Both the position numbers and the translations under genes were made by a program. Source: Candidatus Poriferihabitans sp. (GTDB lineage Bacteria > Pseudomonadota > Gammaproteobacteria > Arenicellales > Poriferihabitantaceae). From it: a stretch of DNA of 64,000 nt. How positions within the stretch are numbered: position 1 is the first letter of the stretch; each line of letters starts with the position of its first letter. Of the stretch, positions 20,121 to 31,627 are shown piece after piece. The stretch spans positions 912,954 to 976,953 of the forward strand of contig OZ244855.1 in the NCBI GenBank assembly GCA_965220975.1, given 5' to 3'. The notes under the pieces were generated by a model. It made no database searches. It was not told where the DNA came from and saw only the letters and a program-made list of their open reading frames with translations.

Positions 20121-20453
20121 ATGCAATCTGACTTAACTATTTCAACCGAAGCAGTCCAGCGCATCAACCAACTTCTTGAAGCTCGCAATAATCCTGATTT
20201 GCGATTGAGAGTTTATATCGAAGGTGGTGGTTGCTCTGGGTTCCAGTATGGTTTTCAATTTGATGAAACAACCGAAGAAGATGACCTGCTAATGGAATAT
20301 CAAGGCATCAAGGTAGTCGTCGACATGTTGAGCCTGCAATATCTTTCCGGTGCAGAAGTTGATTTCAAAGATGACATCATGGGTAGCCGTTTCCTAATTA
20401 ATAATCCAAATGCTTCTGCGACTTGTGGTTGCGGATCAAGCTTCTCGATTTAA
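20121..20453 (+). CDS. erpA: Iron-sulfur cluster insertion protein ErpA (HesB/IscA family)
   Basis: 110 aa with GGGCSGFQY and the C-terminal CGCGSSF cluster ligands. Confidence 0.88.
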   Translation: MQSDLTISTEAVQRINQLLEARNNPDLRLRVYIEGGGCSGFQYGFQFDETTEEDDLLMEYQGIKVVVDMLSLQYLSGAEVDFKDDIMGSRFLINNPNASATCGCGSSFSI

Positions 20454-20739
20454 AGCGCGGAATTAGTTTTTTAGTCGCTCCACAGCTTGACAATACACGA
20501 AACTGGTCGAAGAATCTCGCGCATTGTGCTTGTCGACCGAGACATCGGTTGTGAAAATGCCCTGCTTGCTGAACTTGGCTCTTGGCTTACGCAGTTGCAG
20601 CTATAAATCGAAACCTTGGAATCTCCCTAACAGTGCCTGGTTGTCGATTCGACTGCAAGCGATGCGACATGAAGCGACTGGATTCGGCTAAATTTACAAG
20701 GTGTTCCTCAACAACCAAGAAACCCCCCGATTTTCTGGT

Positions 20740-20767
20740 CTTGACCTTTTCCTGAAAACCCCCATAT
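20740..20767 (+). promoter_or_regulatory. Sigma-32 (heat shock) type promoter for grpE-dnaK-dnaJ
   Basis: CTTGAC, then 13 nt, then CCCCATATT, compared with the consensus CTTGAA-N13-17-CCCCATNT. Lies about 25 nt upstream of the grpE start region. Confidence 0.6.
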
Positions 20768-20792
20768 TCTAGGCGTTTCAAAATTTATAGGA

Positions 20793-21494
20793 TTGATGCT
20801 GAACATGAGCAACTCAACCAACAAGAACGAACAAACTGCTACGGAAGAAGCACAGGCTGAATTTCAAGATCCTGACCATCCGCAGACGGAGTTACCTGAT
20901 GTGGAAGAGGATGAGTCGCAAGATGATGTGAATAATCAAGGCGAGGAGGAAAGTTCCAGTGAAAATTCAACTATGGAGCATGATGAACGGAACACTCCTC
21001 AAGAAATGGAGCTGATGAGTCCAGACCAGCTTCTTGTTGAATTGACCACAACGCGTGCAGAAGCGAAAAAGCTGAAGGATGGATATCTCCGTGCCAAGGC
21101 AGATGCAGAGAATATTCAAAGGCGAAGTCAAATTGAGATTTCTTCGGCTCGAAAGTACGCGATTGAGGGTTTTGCAAAGGAGTTGTTGAGTGTCGCTGAC
21201 AGTCTCGACCAAGCCATAAAGGTGGAGATCGATGAATCGGCCAGCGAAGCCGTAGAAAAAATGCATGAAGGATTGGAGCTCACATTGAAACAACTCGAAT
21301 CGGTGTTTGACAGGTTTCATGTTTTGCCGGTTGAAGCAGATCAGGGTGTTCCATTTGATCCAGAGTACCACCAGGCGATTTCCATGGTCGATAGTAACGA
21401 TGTTCAATCCGGTGAGATCGTCTCCGTGATGCAGAAGGGTTTCGTTCTTAATGATCGTCTGTTGCGGCCTGCAATGGTGGTTATCGCAAACTGA
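20793..21494 (+). CDS. grpE: Nucleotide exchange factor GrpE (long acidic N-terminal extension)
   Basis: The C-terminal two thirds are typical of GrpE (YLRAKADAENIQRR, GFVLNDRLLRPAMV). The exact start is uncertain (TTG 20793, ATG 20796 or ATG 20805). Confidence 0.9.
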   Translation: MMLNMSNSTNKNEQTATEEAQAEFQDPDHPQTELPDVEEDESQDDVNNQGEEESSSENSTMEHDERNTPQEMELMSPDQLLVELTTTRAEAKKLKDGYLRAKADAENIQRRSQIEISSARKYAIEGFAKELLSVADSLDQAIKVEIDESASEAVEKMHEGLELTLKQLESVFDRFHVLPVEADQGVPFDPEYHQAISMVDSNDVQSGEIVSVMQKGFVLNDRLLRPAMVVIAN

Positions 21495-21576
21495 GCGGCT
21501 TGTTATTTCTGATTCAAGCACTATATCCTGAACAAGAATCATTTATCAATTTTGTTGAATATTAGAGGTTTCCAAT

Positions 21577-23487
21577 ATGTCCAAAATCATAGGCATTGAC
21601 TTAGGCACTACCAATTCCTGCGTCGCAGTAATGGAAGGTTCGTCGCCAAAGGTCATCGAAAATAGTGAGGGTGATCGCACAACTCCGTCAATCGTTGCAT
21701 TTGCTAAAGATGGTGAAGTGTTAGTTGGCCAGTCTGCCAAACGGCAGTCTGTGACCAATCCCGATAACACGATCTTTGCCGTGAAACGCTTGATTGGAAG
21801 AAAGTTCGATGAAGATGTTGTACAACGCGACATTGACCTCATGCCCTACAAGATTACCAAGGCCAAGAATGGTGATGCCTGGGTAGAAGCGGGCAGCAAA
21901 AGTATGGCGCCACCAGAAATATCAGCTCGCATACTCCAGAAGATGAAGCAAACCGCTGAAGACTACTTTGGTGACAAAATCACGGAAGCAGTCATTACGG
22001 TACCCGCCTACTTCAATGATTCTCAACGTCAGGCAACGAAAGATGCCGGCAAGATTGCCGGTCTTGAAGTCAAGCGGATCATCAATGAGCCGACAGCAGC
22101 TGCATTGGCATATGGCATGGATAAGTCCAAAGGTGATCGCAAGATTGTTGTCTATGATCTTGGCGGCGGAACGTTTGACGTCTCGATAATCGAAATTGCA
22201 GAAATTGAAGGTGAGCATCAGTTTGAAGTACTGTCTACCAATGGCGATACATTCCTGGGCGGTGAAGATTTCGATCGTCGCTTGATTGATTACCTGGCGG
22301 ACGAATTCAAAAAGGATCAGGGCATGGATCTGCGCGGCGATCCATTGGCCATGCAACGTCTCAAGGAAGGTGCTGAAAAAGCCAAAATCGAATTGTCATC
22401 CAGCAGTCAGACGGAAATCAATCTTCCTTACATCACTGCAGATTCGAGCGGCCCGAAGCATCTGAACATGAAATTGACCCGTGCCAAACTGGAGAATCTG
22501 GTTGATGACTTGATCAAACAGACGCTTGAGCCATGTCGAACCGCCTTGAAGGATGCAGGTCTCAAACCTTCTGAGATAAACGATGTGATTCTGGTGGGCG
22601 GACAGACTCGCATGCCAAAGGTTCACGAGGTTGTCGAGAATTTCTTTGGAAAGGAACCACGTCGTGATGTCAACCCCGATGAGGCCGTTGCTGTTGGGGC
22701 AGCTATCCAGGGGGGAGTGCTGGGTGGAGACGTCAAAGATGTTCTGTTGCTCGATGTTACTCCGCTGTCGCTGGGCATTGAAACACTTGGTGGCGTCATG
22801 ACCAAGCTGGTCGAAAAGAACACGACCATACCCACCAATGCCAGTCAGGTTTTTTCGACAGCAGAGGACAATCAATCCGCTGTAACTGTTCATGTTCTGC
22901 AAGGCGAGCGGGAGATGGCCAGCGGAAACAAGTCATTGGGGCGTTTTGATCTTACGGAAATCAAGCCCGCTCCACGAGGCGTACCGCAAATCGACGTATC
23001 TTTTGACATTGATGCCAATGGGATATTGAATGTTTCTGCGAAAGACAAGGCTACCGGCAAGGAAAACCGAATTGTAATTAAGTCAAGTTCCGGGCTGTCC
23101 GATGACGAGATAGAAAGGATGGTTCGAGATGCAGAGGAGCATGCTGAAGAAGACAGGAAAGCAAGGGATCTTGCCGATACTCGCAACCAGGCCGAGGCCA
23201 TTGCTCATTCAACTCGCAAGCAGCTATCTGAAGTTGGAGATCAGATCAGCGAGGAAGAGAAATCCAAGGTCGAAGGCGCTTTGTCTGCTCTGGAAACTTC
23301 AATTAAAGGTGAAGACATTGATGATATTCAGTCGAAGATTCAAACTTTGACAGAGGTCTCCGGACCATTGTTTTCGCAAGCTGCACAACAGGATAGTGAA
23401 CCGCCCAGTGACTCGGAAAAGTCAAGTGCTGATGATGTTGTTGATGCAGAATTTGAAGAAGTTGACGACAACAACAAGAAACCGTAA
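21577..23487 (+). CDS. dnaK: Molecular chaperone DnaK (Hsp70)
   Basis: 636 aa with [17 protein letters not shown] and [10 protein letters not shown]-type tail. Confidence 0.98.
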   Translation: MSKIIGIDLGTTNSCVAVMEGSSPKVIENSEGDRTTPSIVAFAKDGEVLVGQSAKRQSVTNPDNTIFAVKRLIGRKFDEDVVQRDIDLMPYKITKAKNGDAWVEAGSKSMAPPEISARILQKMKQTAEDYFGDKITEAVITVPAYFNDSQRQATKDAGKIAGLEVKRIINEPTAAALAYGMDKSKGDRKIVVYDLGGGTFDVSIIEIAEIEGEHQFEVLSTNGDTFLGGEDFDRRLIDYLADEFKKDQGMDLRGDPLAMQRLKEGAEKAKIELSSSSQTEINLPYITADSSGPKHLNMKLTRAKLENLVDDLIKQTLEPCRTALKDAGLKPSEINDVILVGGQTRMPKVHEVVENFFGKEPRRDVNPDEAVAVGAAIQGGVLGGDVKDVLLLDVTPLSLGIETLGGVMTKLVEKNTTIPTNASQVFSTAEDNQSAVTVHVLQGEREMASGNKSLGRFDLTEIKPAPRGVPQIDVSFDIDANGILNVSAKDKATGKENRIVIKSSSGLSDDEIERMVRDAEEHAEEDRKARDLADTRNQAEAIAHSTRKQLSEVGDQISEEEKSKVEGALSALETSIKGEDIDDIQSKIQTLTEVSGPLFSQAAQQDSEPPSDSEKSSADDVVDAEFEEVDDNNKKP

Positions 23488-23567
23488 TGTCATTCTCATT
23501 CTAATCTGGAAGTTTTTCCATGTCAAAGCGGAGATTTCTCCGCTTTGACGTTTCAATTTGAGCGTCA

Positions 23568-24689
23568 ATGTCGAAACGAGATTATTACGAAATCCTTGAG
23601 ATAGATCGCAGTGCCAGCGATAAGGAAATTAAGCAGGCATATCGGCGCTTGGCGATGAAATACCATCCTGACCGGAATGAGAACAGCAAGGAAGCAGAAC
23701 GCCAGTTCAAGGAAGTGCAGGAAGCGTATAACATTCTCAGCAATGAACAGAAACGGTCAGTTTATGACCAATTTGGTCACGCTGGAATTTCACAGGAAGC
23801 GGGTGGATCAGGGCCAGCAAGCGGTTTCGGTGATATTTTTGGTGATATTTTCGGTGATATTTTTGGCGGATCGACTGGAGGCGGTTCACGTCAATCCCGT
23901 GGTGCTGATCTCCAGTACCAGATAAACCTGAACCTTGAGGAAGCGGTTTCTGGAGTTGAAAAACAGATTCGGGTACTTAAAAACTCGGTCTGTCAGGAAT
24001 GTAATGGAACTGGGGCTCGGTCGGGAACACGCCCCGAGACCTGTGAAACTTGTGGAGGCCATGGTCAAGTCCGCATGCAACAGGGCTTCTTCTCTGTTCA
24101 GAGAACCTGTCCAGACTGTCATGGAAAAGGTACTGTCATCAAGGACCCATGCCCAGCATGCCATGGAGCTGGTGTGGTTCGGAAAGAAAAAACCTTATCG
24201 GTCAAAATACCAGCCGGCGTAGACAATGGCGACAATATTCGGCTATCTGGCGAAGGCGATATTGGTCGACCGGGGAGCAATCCCGGGGACCTGTATGTTC
24301 AAATCCGCCTGACTCGGCATAGTATTTTTGAACGTGATGGCGATGATTTGTATTGTGAAATACCCATTTCATTTGTAACTTTGGCACTTGGTGGAGAAAT
24401 CCAGATACCAACTCTCGAAGGCCGAGCAAATTTGAAAATCCCGCCTGAGAGCCAATCAGAAAAGACATTTCGCTTAAGAGGCAAAGGTGTTCGTAGCGTT
24501 CGAAGTGGGACACAGGGAGATTTGCATTGCAAGGTTGTAGTGGAGACGCCGGTGAACCTCAATGAAGAACAGAAGCAACTGCTCCGAAAGTTTGAGGAGA
24601 GTCTCACCAAAGGGGGAGAATCACATGTTCCAAAGAGCCGTTCCTGGTCTGAACGGATCAAGTCATTTTTTGATGAAATCGTTTCTTGA
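23568..24689 (+). CDS. dnaJ: Molecular chaperone DnaJ
   Basis: J-domain with HPD, a G/F region ([14 protein letters not shown]) and four CxxCxGxG zinc-finger repeats. Confidence 0.97.
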   Translation: MSKRDYYEILEIDRSASDKEIKQAYRRLAMKYHPDRNENSKEAERQFKEVQEAYNILSNEQKRSVYDQFGHAGISQEAGGSGPASGFGDIFGDIFGDIFGGSTGGGSRQSRGADLQYQINLNLEEAVSGVEKQIRVLKNSVCQECNGTGARSGTRPETCETCGGHGQVRMQQGFFSVQRTCPDCHGKGTVIKDPCPACHGAGVVRKEKTLSVKIPAGVDNGDNIRLSGEGDIGRPGSNPGDLYVQIRLTRHSIFERDGDDLYCEIPISFVTLALGGEIQIPTLEGRANLKIPPESQSEKTFRLRGKGVRSVRSGTQGDLHCKVVVETPVNLNEEQKQLLRKFEESLTKGGESHVPKSRSWSERIKSFFDEIVS

Positions 24690-24737
24690 TGACTCACTGT
24701 TCTCAAACGGACTGGAAATCCTAAGATCGATCAATCC

Positions 24738-26669
24738 TTGCAGGATTCTGCTATCAAAATGATGGATCAGATGTTCAGGCAGAATGGACTTTTGCATCAA
24801 AAATTAGAAGGATTCATCCCCCGCAAGTCGCAACAAGAAATGGCTGAAGCAGTCTTCGATGCAATTAGTCATTCTGGAAACCTTGTTTGCGAATCGGGAA
24901 CTGGAACTGGCAAAACATATGCCTATCTGGTACCTGCCATTCTCTCAGAAAAGCGGACTGTAATAACGACGGCAACACGCGCATTACAGGAACAGGTGTT
25001 TTTTCGAGATCTGCCAAACTTGCTGCAAGTGCTAAATGCAGACATGACAACTTGCATGCTCAAGGGACGTGCAAACTACCTATGTCGTCATAGACTGAAA
25101 CAGGCGCAACTGCAGACCGACCTGGCCAGTGTTCGAGTCCGGCAACCTCTGTCAAAGCTTAACGAATGGGCAAATAAAACCCAAACTGGCGATATATCTG
25201 AGGTGAAAGATATACCCGAGAACTCGCCGATCTGGCGAATGGTTACCTCAACCAGCGAAAACTGCCTCGGTGGGCAATGTCCGGATTTCAACAAATGTCA
25301 TGTACATGCAGCGAGAAAAAAAGCCATTGACAGTGATTTGGTTGTTGCCAACCATCATGTGTATTTTTCTGATCTATCGGTCAAGGAGAGCGGTTTCGGT
25401 GGAGTACTGCCCAGTCATGAAATCGTCATTTTTGATGAAGCACATAGCCTTCCAGAGATTGCCGCAAACTTCTTTGGGTTCACTTTCTCAAGTACACAAG
25501 TCAAATATCTAGTTGAGGATATACAAACTGCTGAGCTGGAAGAAAATAGCAGTATCGATTTTCATCCTGTTTTCCGGGATCTGGAGGGAGCTGTCAATGA
25601 CTTGACTTCACTGGCCAACCAGAATTATCAAGGACCCAAAATCTATAGTGAGGTCAAAAATCATGATTGGGAAGAAAAAACGACCAAATTGAAACTGGTG
25701 TTCTGCGATCTTGTTCGTGCGCTTGAAAATTCCGCAGTAGCCGGTGCTGGATTAACTCGATGTCGAGATCAGGCGAGGTGGATGTCTGACAATCTCTATA
25801 CATGGTGTGAAGATCGAGATCAGAACTCGGCTCGCTGGTTTGCAGCCCGCAAGAACGGATTCAACCTGAACTCAACTCCATTGGATGTGGGGCAAATCTT
25901 GCGAGAACACATGAATGAAACTGGCAAGAGCAGAATTTTTACTTCAGCGACATTATCCGTTGATCGAAGTTTTTCTCCATTTATAAGCAAGGTCGGATTG
26001 TCTGAACCGGATACAGATACAGGATTTTGGGAGAGCCCTTATGATTATCAAAACAACTCCAGATTGTTAATTGATGAGAGTATGCCAGAGCCGAATGATT
26101 CTCGCTTTCCAGACGAAATCAAGCAGCTGATCATCGAAATTGGCACAGCAAGTAAAGGACGGGCATTTTGTCTGTTTACAAGTTTTGCAATGTTGAATCG
26201 TGTCTATGATCTTGTTCGGGCAGAGGTTGATTGGCCTCTCTACCGACAAGGTGACACCTCCAAGCAAGACTTGATAGACAACTTCATCAAGAATGAACAT
26301 GCCGTATTGTTCGGAACTTCTACCTTCTGGCAAGGTGTCGATATCAAAGGTGATGCATTAAGTTGCGTCATCATTGACAGATTACCATTTGGTTCTCCGG
26401 AAGATCCCGTAATGAAAAGCCGAATTCAGCATTCTCGCGAGCATGGAGAAAATGCATTCATGCAAATCCAGATACCTGAAGCAGTGGTTATTCTCAAACA
26501 AGGAGCAGGGCGATTGATTCGATCTGAAACAGACCGAGGTGTTCTGGTGATCTGTGATTCGAGAATCCTGAAAAAGCCCTATGGCAAGATATTTCTCGAC
26601 AGTTTGCCCCAGATGCCGATCGTCGACAATATTCATGAGATAAAGGAATTTTATGGTTCGATTTCATGA
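24738..26669 (+). CDS. DinG/YoaA-family ATP-dependent DNA helicase (Fe-S, XPD-like)
   Basis: Walker A GTGTGKT, DEAH box FDEAHS, a Cys cluster (C...CLGGQCPDFNKC) and C-terminal helicase motifs (QGAGRLIRSETDRG). The start is probably ATG 24759. Confidence 0.85.
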   Translation: MQDSAIKMMDQMFRQNGLLHQKLEGFIPRKSQQEMAEAVFDAISHSGNLVCESGTGTGKTYAYLVPAILSEKRTVITTATRALQEQVFFRDLPNLLQVLNADMTTCMLKGRANYLCRHRLKQAQLQTDLASVRVRQPLSKLNEWANKTQTGDISEVKDIPENSPIWRMVTSTSENCLGGQCPDFNKCHVHAARKKAIDSDLVVANHHVYFSDLSVKESGFGGVLPSHEIVIFDEAHSLPEIAANFFGFTFSSTQVKYLVEDIQTAELEENSSIDFHPVFRDLEGAVNDLTSLANQNYQGPKIYSEVKNHDWEEKTTKLKLVFCDLVRALENSAVAGAGLTRCRDQARWMSDNLYTWCEDRDQNSARWFAARKNGFNLNSTPLDVGQILREHMNETGKSRIFTSATLSVDRSFSPFISKVGLSEPDTDTGFWESPYDYQNNSRLLIDESMPEPNDSRFPDEIKQLIIEIGTASKGRAFCLFTSFAMLNRVYDLVRAEVDWPLYRQGDTSKQDLIDNFIKNEHAVLFGTSTFWQGVDIKGDALSCVIIDRLPFGSPEDPVMKSRIQHSREHGENAFMQIQIPEAVVILKQGAGRLIRSETDRGVLVICDSRILKKPYGKIFLDSLPQMPIVDNIHEIKEFYGSIS

Positions 26670-27352
26670 ATGAGATCAATATATTGGCAATCGATACTGC
26701 TACAAAATATTGCAGTGTTGCGGTTTATTCAAGGAATGAACTATCAACGATCTCTCGGGAATCCCCGAAGCATTCTTCAAGCCTCATCGGACAGATTCAG
26801 AGTGCGCTGGTTGATCGAAATCTTAAACTCGATGATCTGCAAATGGTGATTGTCAATACTGGGCCGGGTTCGTTCACGGGGGTTAGAATTGGTATTGGTG
26901 TTGCGCAAGGTATTGCATACGGTCTCAGTATTCCTGTGTGCGGAATTGATTCGTTATCCATGTTGGCAACCGGATCTGGGAAAAAGGGAGTAATTGTCCC
27001 GATTATGGACGCTAGAATGAAACAGGTCTATGGGGGTGTTTACGATGTCGACGAATATATTCGTGTTTTGCTTTCGCCATACGTCTGCAATCCTGATGAG
27101 ATTCAAACAATGAATCAGCAGGAATTTACCGTGTTAGGGGACGGCTGGCAGTTATGCCAAGAACATTTCCAGTCGACTTTTGGGAAAGGAGTAGAATTTC
27201 AGCAATCCCCAGTCTACCCAGATGCGGCATTAGCGATTGAAGCGTATCTTCATTATGGACTAGGAAAGCCTGTCAGCCCGCTCGAGATAACTGCTACATA
27301 CATCAGGGATAATGTTGTGCAAGACAAACCCGGACAACAAGCGAAAGCTTAG
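26666..27352 (+). CDS. tsaB: tRNA t6A37 biosynthesis protein TsaB (YeaZ)
   Basis: 228 aa with ILAIDTAT and GPGSFTGVRIG motifs. Confidence 0.88.
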   Translation: MNEINILAIDTATKYCSVAVYSRNELSTISRESPKHSSSLIGQIQSALVDRNLKLDDLQMVIVNTGPGSFTGVRIGIGVAQGIAYGLSIPVCGIDSLSMLATGSGKKGVIVPIMDARMKQVYGGVYDVDEYIRVLLSPYVCNPDEIQTMNQQEFTVLGDGWQLCQEHFQSTFGKGVEFQQSPVYPDAALAIEAYLHYGLGKPVSPLEITATYIRDNVVQDKPGQQAKA

Positions 27353-27369
27353 CGGAAGTTGGCGTTTGG

Positions 27370-28164
27370 TCAGCTCAGGATTAATTCATTTGCAAACCGG
27401 GTGCCGAAGTAGGCAATAAAGAGCAGTGAAAAGGCAATCATGGTCCACTTTGCAGCGAGTTCTCCTCGCCAACCGATGACATATCTGCCCGCGATGGTCA
27501 TCGCAAATATGATCCAGGCTGCAATTGAGAAAACCACATGATGGTTGAAAGACAAAATCCTCCCTGATTCGGCCTGATATGCGAACATTCCAAAGATTAG
27601 ATTGATCGTCATCAGAACGAATCCTGTAATGATAAGCATGAACAAATAGGTCTCCATTGACTGGATAGGAGGCAGGTTTGAAATAATGCCTCCAGTTCCC
27701 CTTCGCATATTCCGATCTTGTGCTCGAAGCAAGCATGCCTGAGCAAACGCCATGAATAATACTCCATAAGCTGGAATTGCAATCAAAATATGGAGCCGTG
27801 CAGATTCCGAAAAGTGAGACATTGGCAAACCGTTCTGAGGTTGGATCAATCCTGCCAACACGGCAACGATAGAAAGTGGATAGACAACCAACCCAAGTTC
27901 CGTTATCTTCAGTTTTATTGACAATAGAAGATAGATGACCGCTGAAATCCATCCCGCCATCGAAATGGCACTCCCTATTGAAATAATGATCTCCCGATGT
28001 GAATACATAATTTGATAGAGCGTGATCAGATGCATACAAACCGCAATGGCCGCAATCAGATAAATTTTGCAAGAAAAAGTTTGCTGTTCTGAAACTTTGA
28101 TATTGCGCCAGAGTGAAATCAAGCAAATGGCATATGAGCCGATAGTGATAATTTCAAAAATCAT
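27370..28164 (-). CDS. ypjD: YpjD/CcsA-like inner membrane protein
   Basis: 264 aa polytopic membrane protein, divergent from ffh as in E. coli (ypjD-ffh). The overlapping 246-aa ORF in another frame is a shadow. Confidence 0.7.
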   Translation of the reverse strand: MIFEIITIGSYAICLISLWRNIKVSEQQTFSCKIYLIAAIAVCMHLITLYQIMYSHREIIISIGSAISMAGWISAVIYLLLSIKLKITELGLVVYPLSIVAVLAGLIQPQNGLPMSHFSESARLHILIAIPAYGVLFMAFAQACLLRAQDRNMRRGTGGIISNLPPIQSMETYLFMLIITGFVLMTINLIFGMFAYQAESGRILSFNHHVVFSIAAWIIFAMTIAGRYVIGWRGELAAKWTMIAFSLLFIAYFGTRFANELILS

Positions 28165-28430
28165 TTCCCTTTCGATTTTGGATTAATGGCGACGCTACAC
28201 ACCGTTGAGTCTTTGCACAGTAAGTTCTTTGATGTGCGAATCATATCATTAGCCGGAGACCATGATTGTAATTTTTGATTTTGAGTAAACGGGGTTGTTG
28301 CCTGGTTCAGCCTGCTCGGTCAGTTTGATTTTTGTTGTCAATTTGGTTTGCAGGAAATTGGATATAATTCAACAAGTTTTCAGATTATTCAATCTGCCGA
28401 ATTTTTTCGTTTATCAGGTAAGTGATTTCG

Positions 28431-29786
28431 ATGTTTAATCAATTGGGAGACCGGCTTCGCTCGGCGGTCAAAACCTTAACAGGCAAGGGACGTCTAACTG
28501 AGTCCAATATCTCTGAAGCATTGCGAGAGGTCAGGATTGCGATGCTGGAAGCGGATGTATCGCTTGAAGCAGTACAAAGTTTCCTAAGTTCGATACGTGA
28601 ACGGGCTATTGGCACAGAGGTGATCGGTAGCCTGAATCCTGGTGAAGCTGTAATCAAACTGGTGCATGAAGAGCTTGTGCATCTGATGGGGGATAGCAAT
28701 AACGTTCTTAATCTGTCAGTACGTCCCCCTGCGGTAATATTCTTGGCGGGTTTGCAAGGTGCAGGCAAAACCACGACTGTGGGCAAATTAGGCGGATTTC
28801 TCAAGGAACGTGAGAATAAATCAGTACTGTTGGTGAGTACTGATGTTCGTCGCCCAGCTGCTATTGATCAGCTTTCAGTCATTGCACGCGATCTGTCTCT
28901 TGAATTTTTTCCTTGTACATCATCACAGTCTCCTGTGCACATCGCTCAAAGCGCAGTCGATCATGCTCGAAAAAATCAGTATGATGTTGTTATTGTAGAT
29001 ACCGCTGGACGACTGCATGTAGATACTGAAATGATGTCAGAGATTCAGCAACTGCATACTGCAGTCCAACCAGTCGAGACGTTGTTTGTTGTCGATAGCA
29101 TGACTGGACAGGATGCGGTAAACAGTGCTCGCTCGTTTGATGATTCATTACCTCTAACCGGTATTATCCTGACCAAAACTGATGGTGATGCACGTGGCGG
29201 CGCGGCACTTTCCATCCGGCATATTACTGGCAAGCCGATTAAATTTCTGGGAACTGGGGAGTCCATGGATGCGCTTGAGGCATTTCATCCGGATCGAGTC
29301 GCTTCTCGTATTCTGGGCATGGGCGATGTTCTAACTCTTATCGAAGAAGCAAAACGCAAAGTTGACAAGAAAACAGCGGATAAATTTGCCAAAAAGATAC
29401 GAAGTGGAGCGAAGTTCAATTTGGATGACTATCGCAAGCAAATGTTGCAAACCGAAAAGCTCGGTGGTGTGAGTTCCATGATGGAAAAGTTGCCGGGCAT
29501 GGACCAAGTCCCCAAACAAGCACTTGAATATGCTCGCAAGATGAACATTCCACAAAAAGTTGCCATTATCAATTCCATGACAGAGCAAGAGAGAAGTTTC
29601 CCTGCCATCATCCGTGCACAAAGGATCAAGCGCATTGCTTCAGGATCAGGCACAAAAACACAAGATGTAAATAAGTTATTGAAGGAATTTCAGCAAGTCC
29701 AAAAGATGACGTCGAAGTTAAAGAGCAAGTCCGGCATGCAACGAATGGCAAGCAAGTTTGAACGTATCGGCCGTCAGTTTAACTAG
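28431..29786 (+). CDS. ffh: Signal recognition particle protein Ffh
   Basis: GLQGAGKTTT, DTAGR and TKTDGDARGG GTPase motifs, plus a Met-rich M domain. Start chosen at ATG 28431 (MFNQLGD). Confidence 0.96.
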   Translation: MFNQLGDRLRSAVKTLTGKGRLTESNISEALREVRIAMLEADVSLEAVQSFLSSIRERAIGTEVIGSLNPGEAVIKLVHEELVHLMGDSNNVLNLSVRPPAVIFLAGLQGAGKTTTVGKLGGFLKERENKSVLLVSTDVRRPAAIDQLSVIARDLSLEFFPCTSSQSPVHIAQSAVDHARKNQYDVVIVDTAGRLHVDTEMMSEIQQLHTAVQPVETLFVVDSMTGQDAVNSARSFDDSLPLTGIILTKTDGDARGGAALSIRHITGKPIKFLGTGESMDALEAFHPDRVASRILGMGDVLTLIEEAKRKVDKKTADKFAKKIRSGAKFNLDDYRKQMLQTEKLGGVSSMMEKLPGMDQVPKQALEYARKMNIPQKVAIINSMTEQERSFPAIIRAQRIKRIASGSGTKTQDVNKLLKEFQQVQKMTSKLKSKSGMQRMASKFERIGRQFN

Positions 29787-30012
29787 TCGAATATGTTCAT
29801 GCATGATCGTGCGGTTGATTCGCTTGATCCGTAGAAAAGTTACGAACCGCAGCGAGTTTTTTCCAGTAATGAACCATGAAAAATCGGTATCTACTTCTCG
29901 ATTTCTATCTGTTCATGATTATCTTTAGAATAGTTGGTCAATTTACTCTATCTGTCTTATGTACAGAACGCTTGTCAAAATTTAAATATCAAGTACTCAC
30001 CGAGAATCGAAT

Positions 30013-30282
30013 ATGAAAAAAAAAGAATATGAAAGACTAGAAGCTGGCAAATTAATGGAGCAGCGAATCATTGCTGTTTTAACTAGCTATTTGACTTCTA
30101 GCCTAGCAGGCAAGGATGACATTCAGGGTCAGGCCGGAGCTGAATTAATTGACAACATGATGGACATAGCGATGGCTGTAATCCGTTGTGAAATCAAGGC
30201 GGCAGTCAAAGATGCCCTAATCGAAATGGCTGAAGAGCAAACATTATCCTTTCATGTCGATTCGGAAGACACGAAGCATTAG
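30013..30282 (+). CDS. Hypothetical protein (89 aa)
   Basis: Isolated ORF of host-like low GC between ffh and the GC-rich island. No motif recognised. Confidence 0.35.
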   Translation: MKKKEYERLEAGKLMEQRIIAVLTSYLTSSLAGKDDIQGQAGAELIDNMMDIAMAVIRCEIKAAVKDALIEMAEEQTLSFHVDSEDTKH

Positions 30283-30853
30283 CCTGGATAAAAGTTTGTT
30301 CGAGACAAGTGCGGATTAAGGGTTGGCGCAAAGCAGTATTGATCAGTATATTAATATGGGAATTATATACTGAAGCAACAATTCCCCAATGATTGCGGAA
30401 ATCTGCACTGGATTGTCCTGTTTCACGATTGATATCCTGAAAAGGACGGGCGGCGCGTACCCATGGTGCCGCTTCGGTCCTGCACTGAAGTCCGTAAGAT
30501 ACCCGCAGTCGTGGATTTTTGCAATGCCGAACGTGGTTTTCCGGCGGTTCCCCGGATCATGGAGTAACACCGGTACCGTTTCCGGACTCCCCACCGGCTT
30601 CATCGACCGCCGGTGTTCCCTCCGTGGCAGGCTGGGAGGCGGGGACAGCGCTATCCGATGCAGCCCCTGCCTCTTTCAGGCAACCGGTCGCTGACGATTG
30701 TTTCCGCATTGTCCGGTAGTGGCTCAGTTTGAAAATCCGTCCTTTTCCGGTTGAAACGACTACAATGAATGGAAACTCATTCACCGAGGGGTGCGTCATG
30801 TTTCTGGGCGAAGATCATTTTTGGCAGGGATCAGGGATTGCTGTTTTTTCGTA

Positions 30854-31111
30854 TCAGTAGTCATCCAGCCGGTTGATAATGATGAATGATCGAAGCAAGG
30901 CCATTCTGTTTGCTCCATTCCTGCTCCAGTACATGCCATCCCGTTTCAGTCGGGTACCGATGACATTTTTGCAGTCGATCTTTACGGCTCCGCTGGATAC
31001 ACATGGGCCTTGTTCTCGGAACGGTTGATAGCCCATTCGTTCCCGGTTGCGTACGAAATGACCAATGGTGTTCCTGATCTCATCTTGGGAGGGGGCTGTT
31101 GTTTCCCACAT
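30854..31111 (-). pseudogene. C-terminal fragment of an ISKra4-like DDE transposase
   Basis: IGHFVRNRERMGYQPFREQGPCVSSGAVKIDCKNVIGTRLKRDGMYWSRNGANRMALLRSF matches the remembered ISKra4 C-terminus (YFxNNxxRMxYPxFRxxGLxIGSGxVESxCKxVVGxRLKxxGMRWSxxGAxA). A TGA stop lies immediately upstream of the M, and the upstream pieces are in other frames. Confidence 0.55.
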
Positions 31112-31614
31112 TCATGTCCTTCCATCCACCGAGGGAGGCCTCGGAAGTGCATGGCAAATCCGAATCCAACCGGCCGCCATGCTTGATCAGGCCGATGCCC
31201 AGTCGACAGCCTGTTCATGGAGCTCTGACAGCGTCTGAAGCCTCATCCCTGCTGTCCCTGGCCAGCATTACGAAGAGTAGCGGGGATCAACATCATCACA
31301 TAGGAGCATTCCGGAACCGCATGCTGCAACTTGACCCCGAGTCAATCTAAAGTCCGAAACTTGAAGAAGGCAATCAAGGGGATCAGAAGCATTTGAAGGA
31401 TCGAGTTTGGTTATGACGCTCGATCCGCTCAAAAGACCTGTATTACTGGCGGATATGACTGACATGTGTAATTAGTAGTGCCACATGTAAAAGCATAGGC
31501 ACTACTTTCGTCGGGGTTAGTACTTGGCGGTAATCCAGCATGGGTGTTCTGAACGAGGACTTCCGTTATTTTTGGAGCAACCTATGGCTTCCTAATCCTG
31601 TCTCGTTCCTGAGT

Positions 31615-31627
31615 GGGGGGGGGGGGG
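31615..31627. repeat. Homopolymeric G13 tract (C13 on the minus strand) inside the decayed element
   Basis: Counted directly. On the minus strand it follows ATG AAA CAT TTA CAT GCG GCT A. This is the same layout (TIR, about 85 nt with a TATAAT, ATG, a few codons, poly-C) as in the 59522-60526 cassette. All three downstream frames stop within 16 codons. Confidence 0.9.

Noticed and set aside
23826-23868. Tandem 12-15-nt nucleotide repeat (ggtgatattttt ggtgatattttc ggtgatattttt)
   Set aside because: It encodes the [13 protein letters not shown] part of the normal DnaJ G/F-rich linker. It is not a mobile or regulatory repeat.
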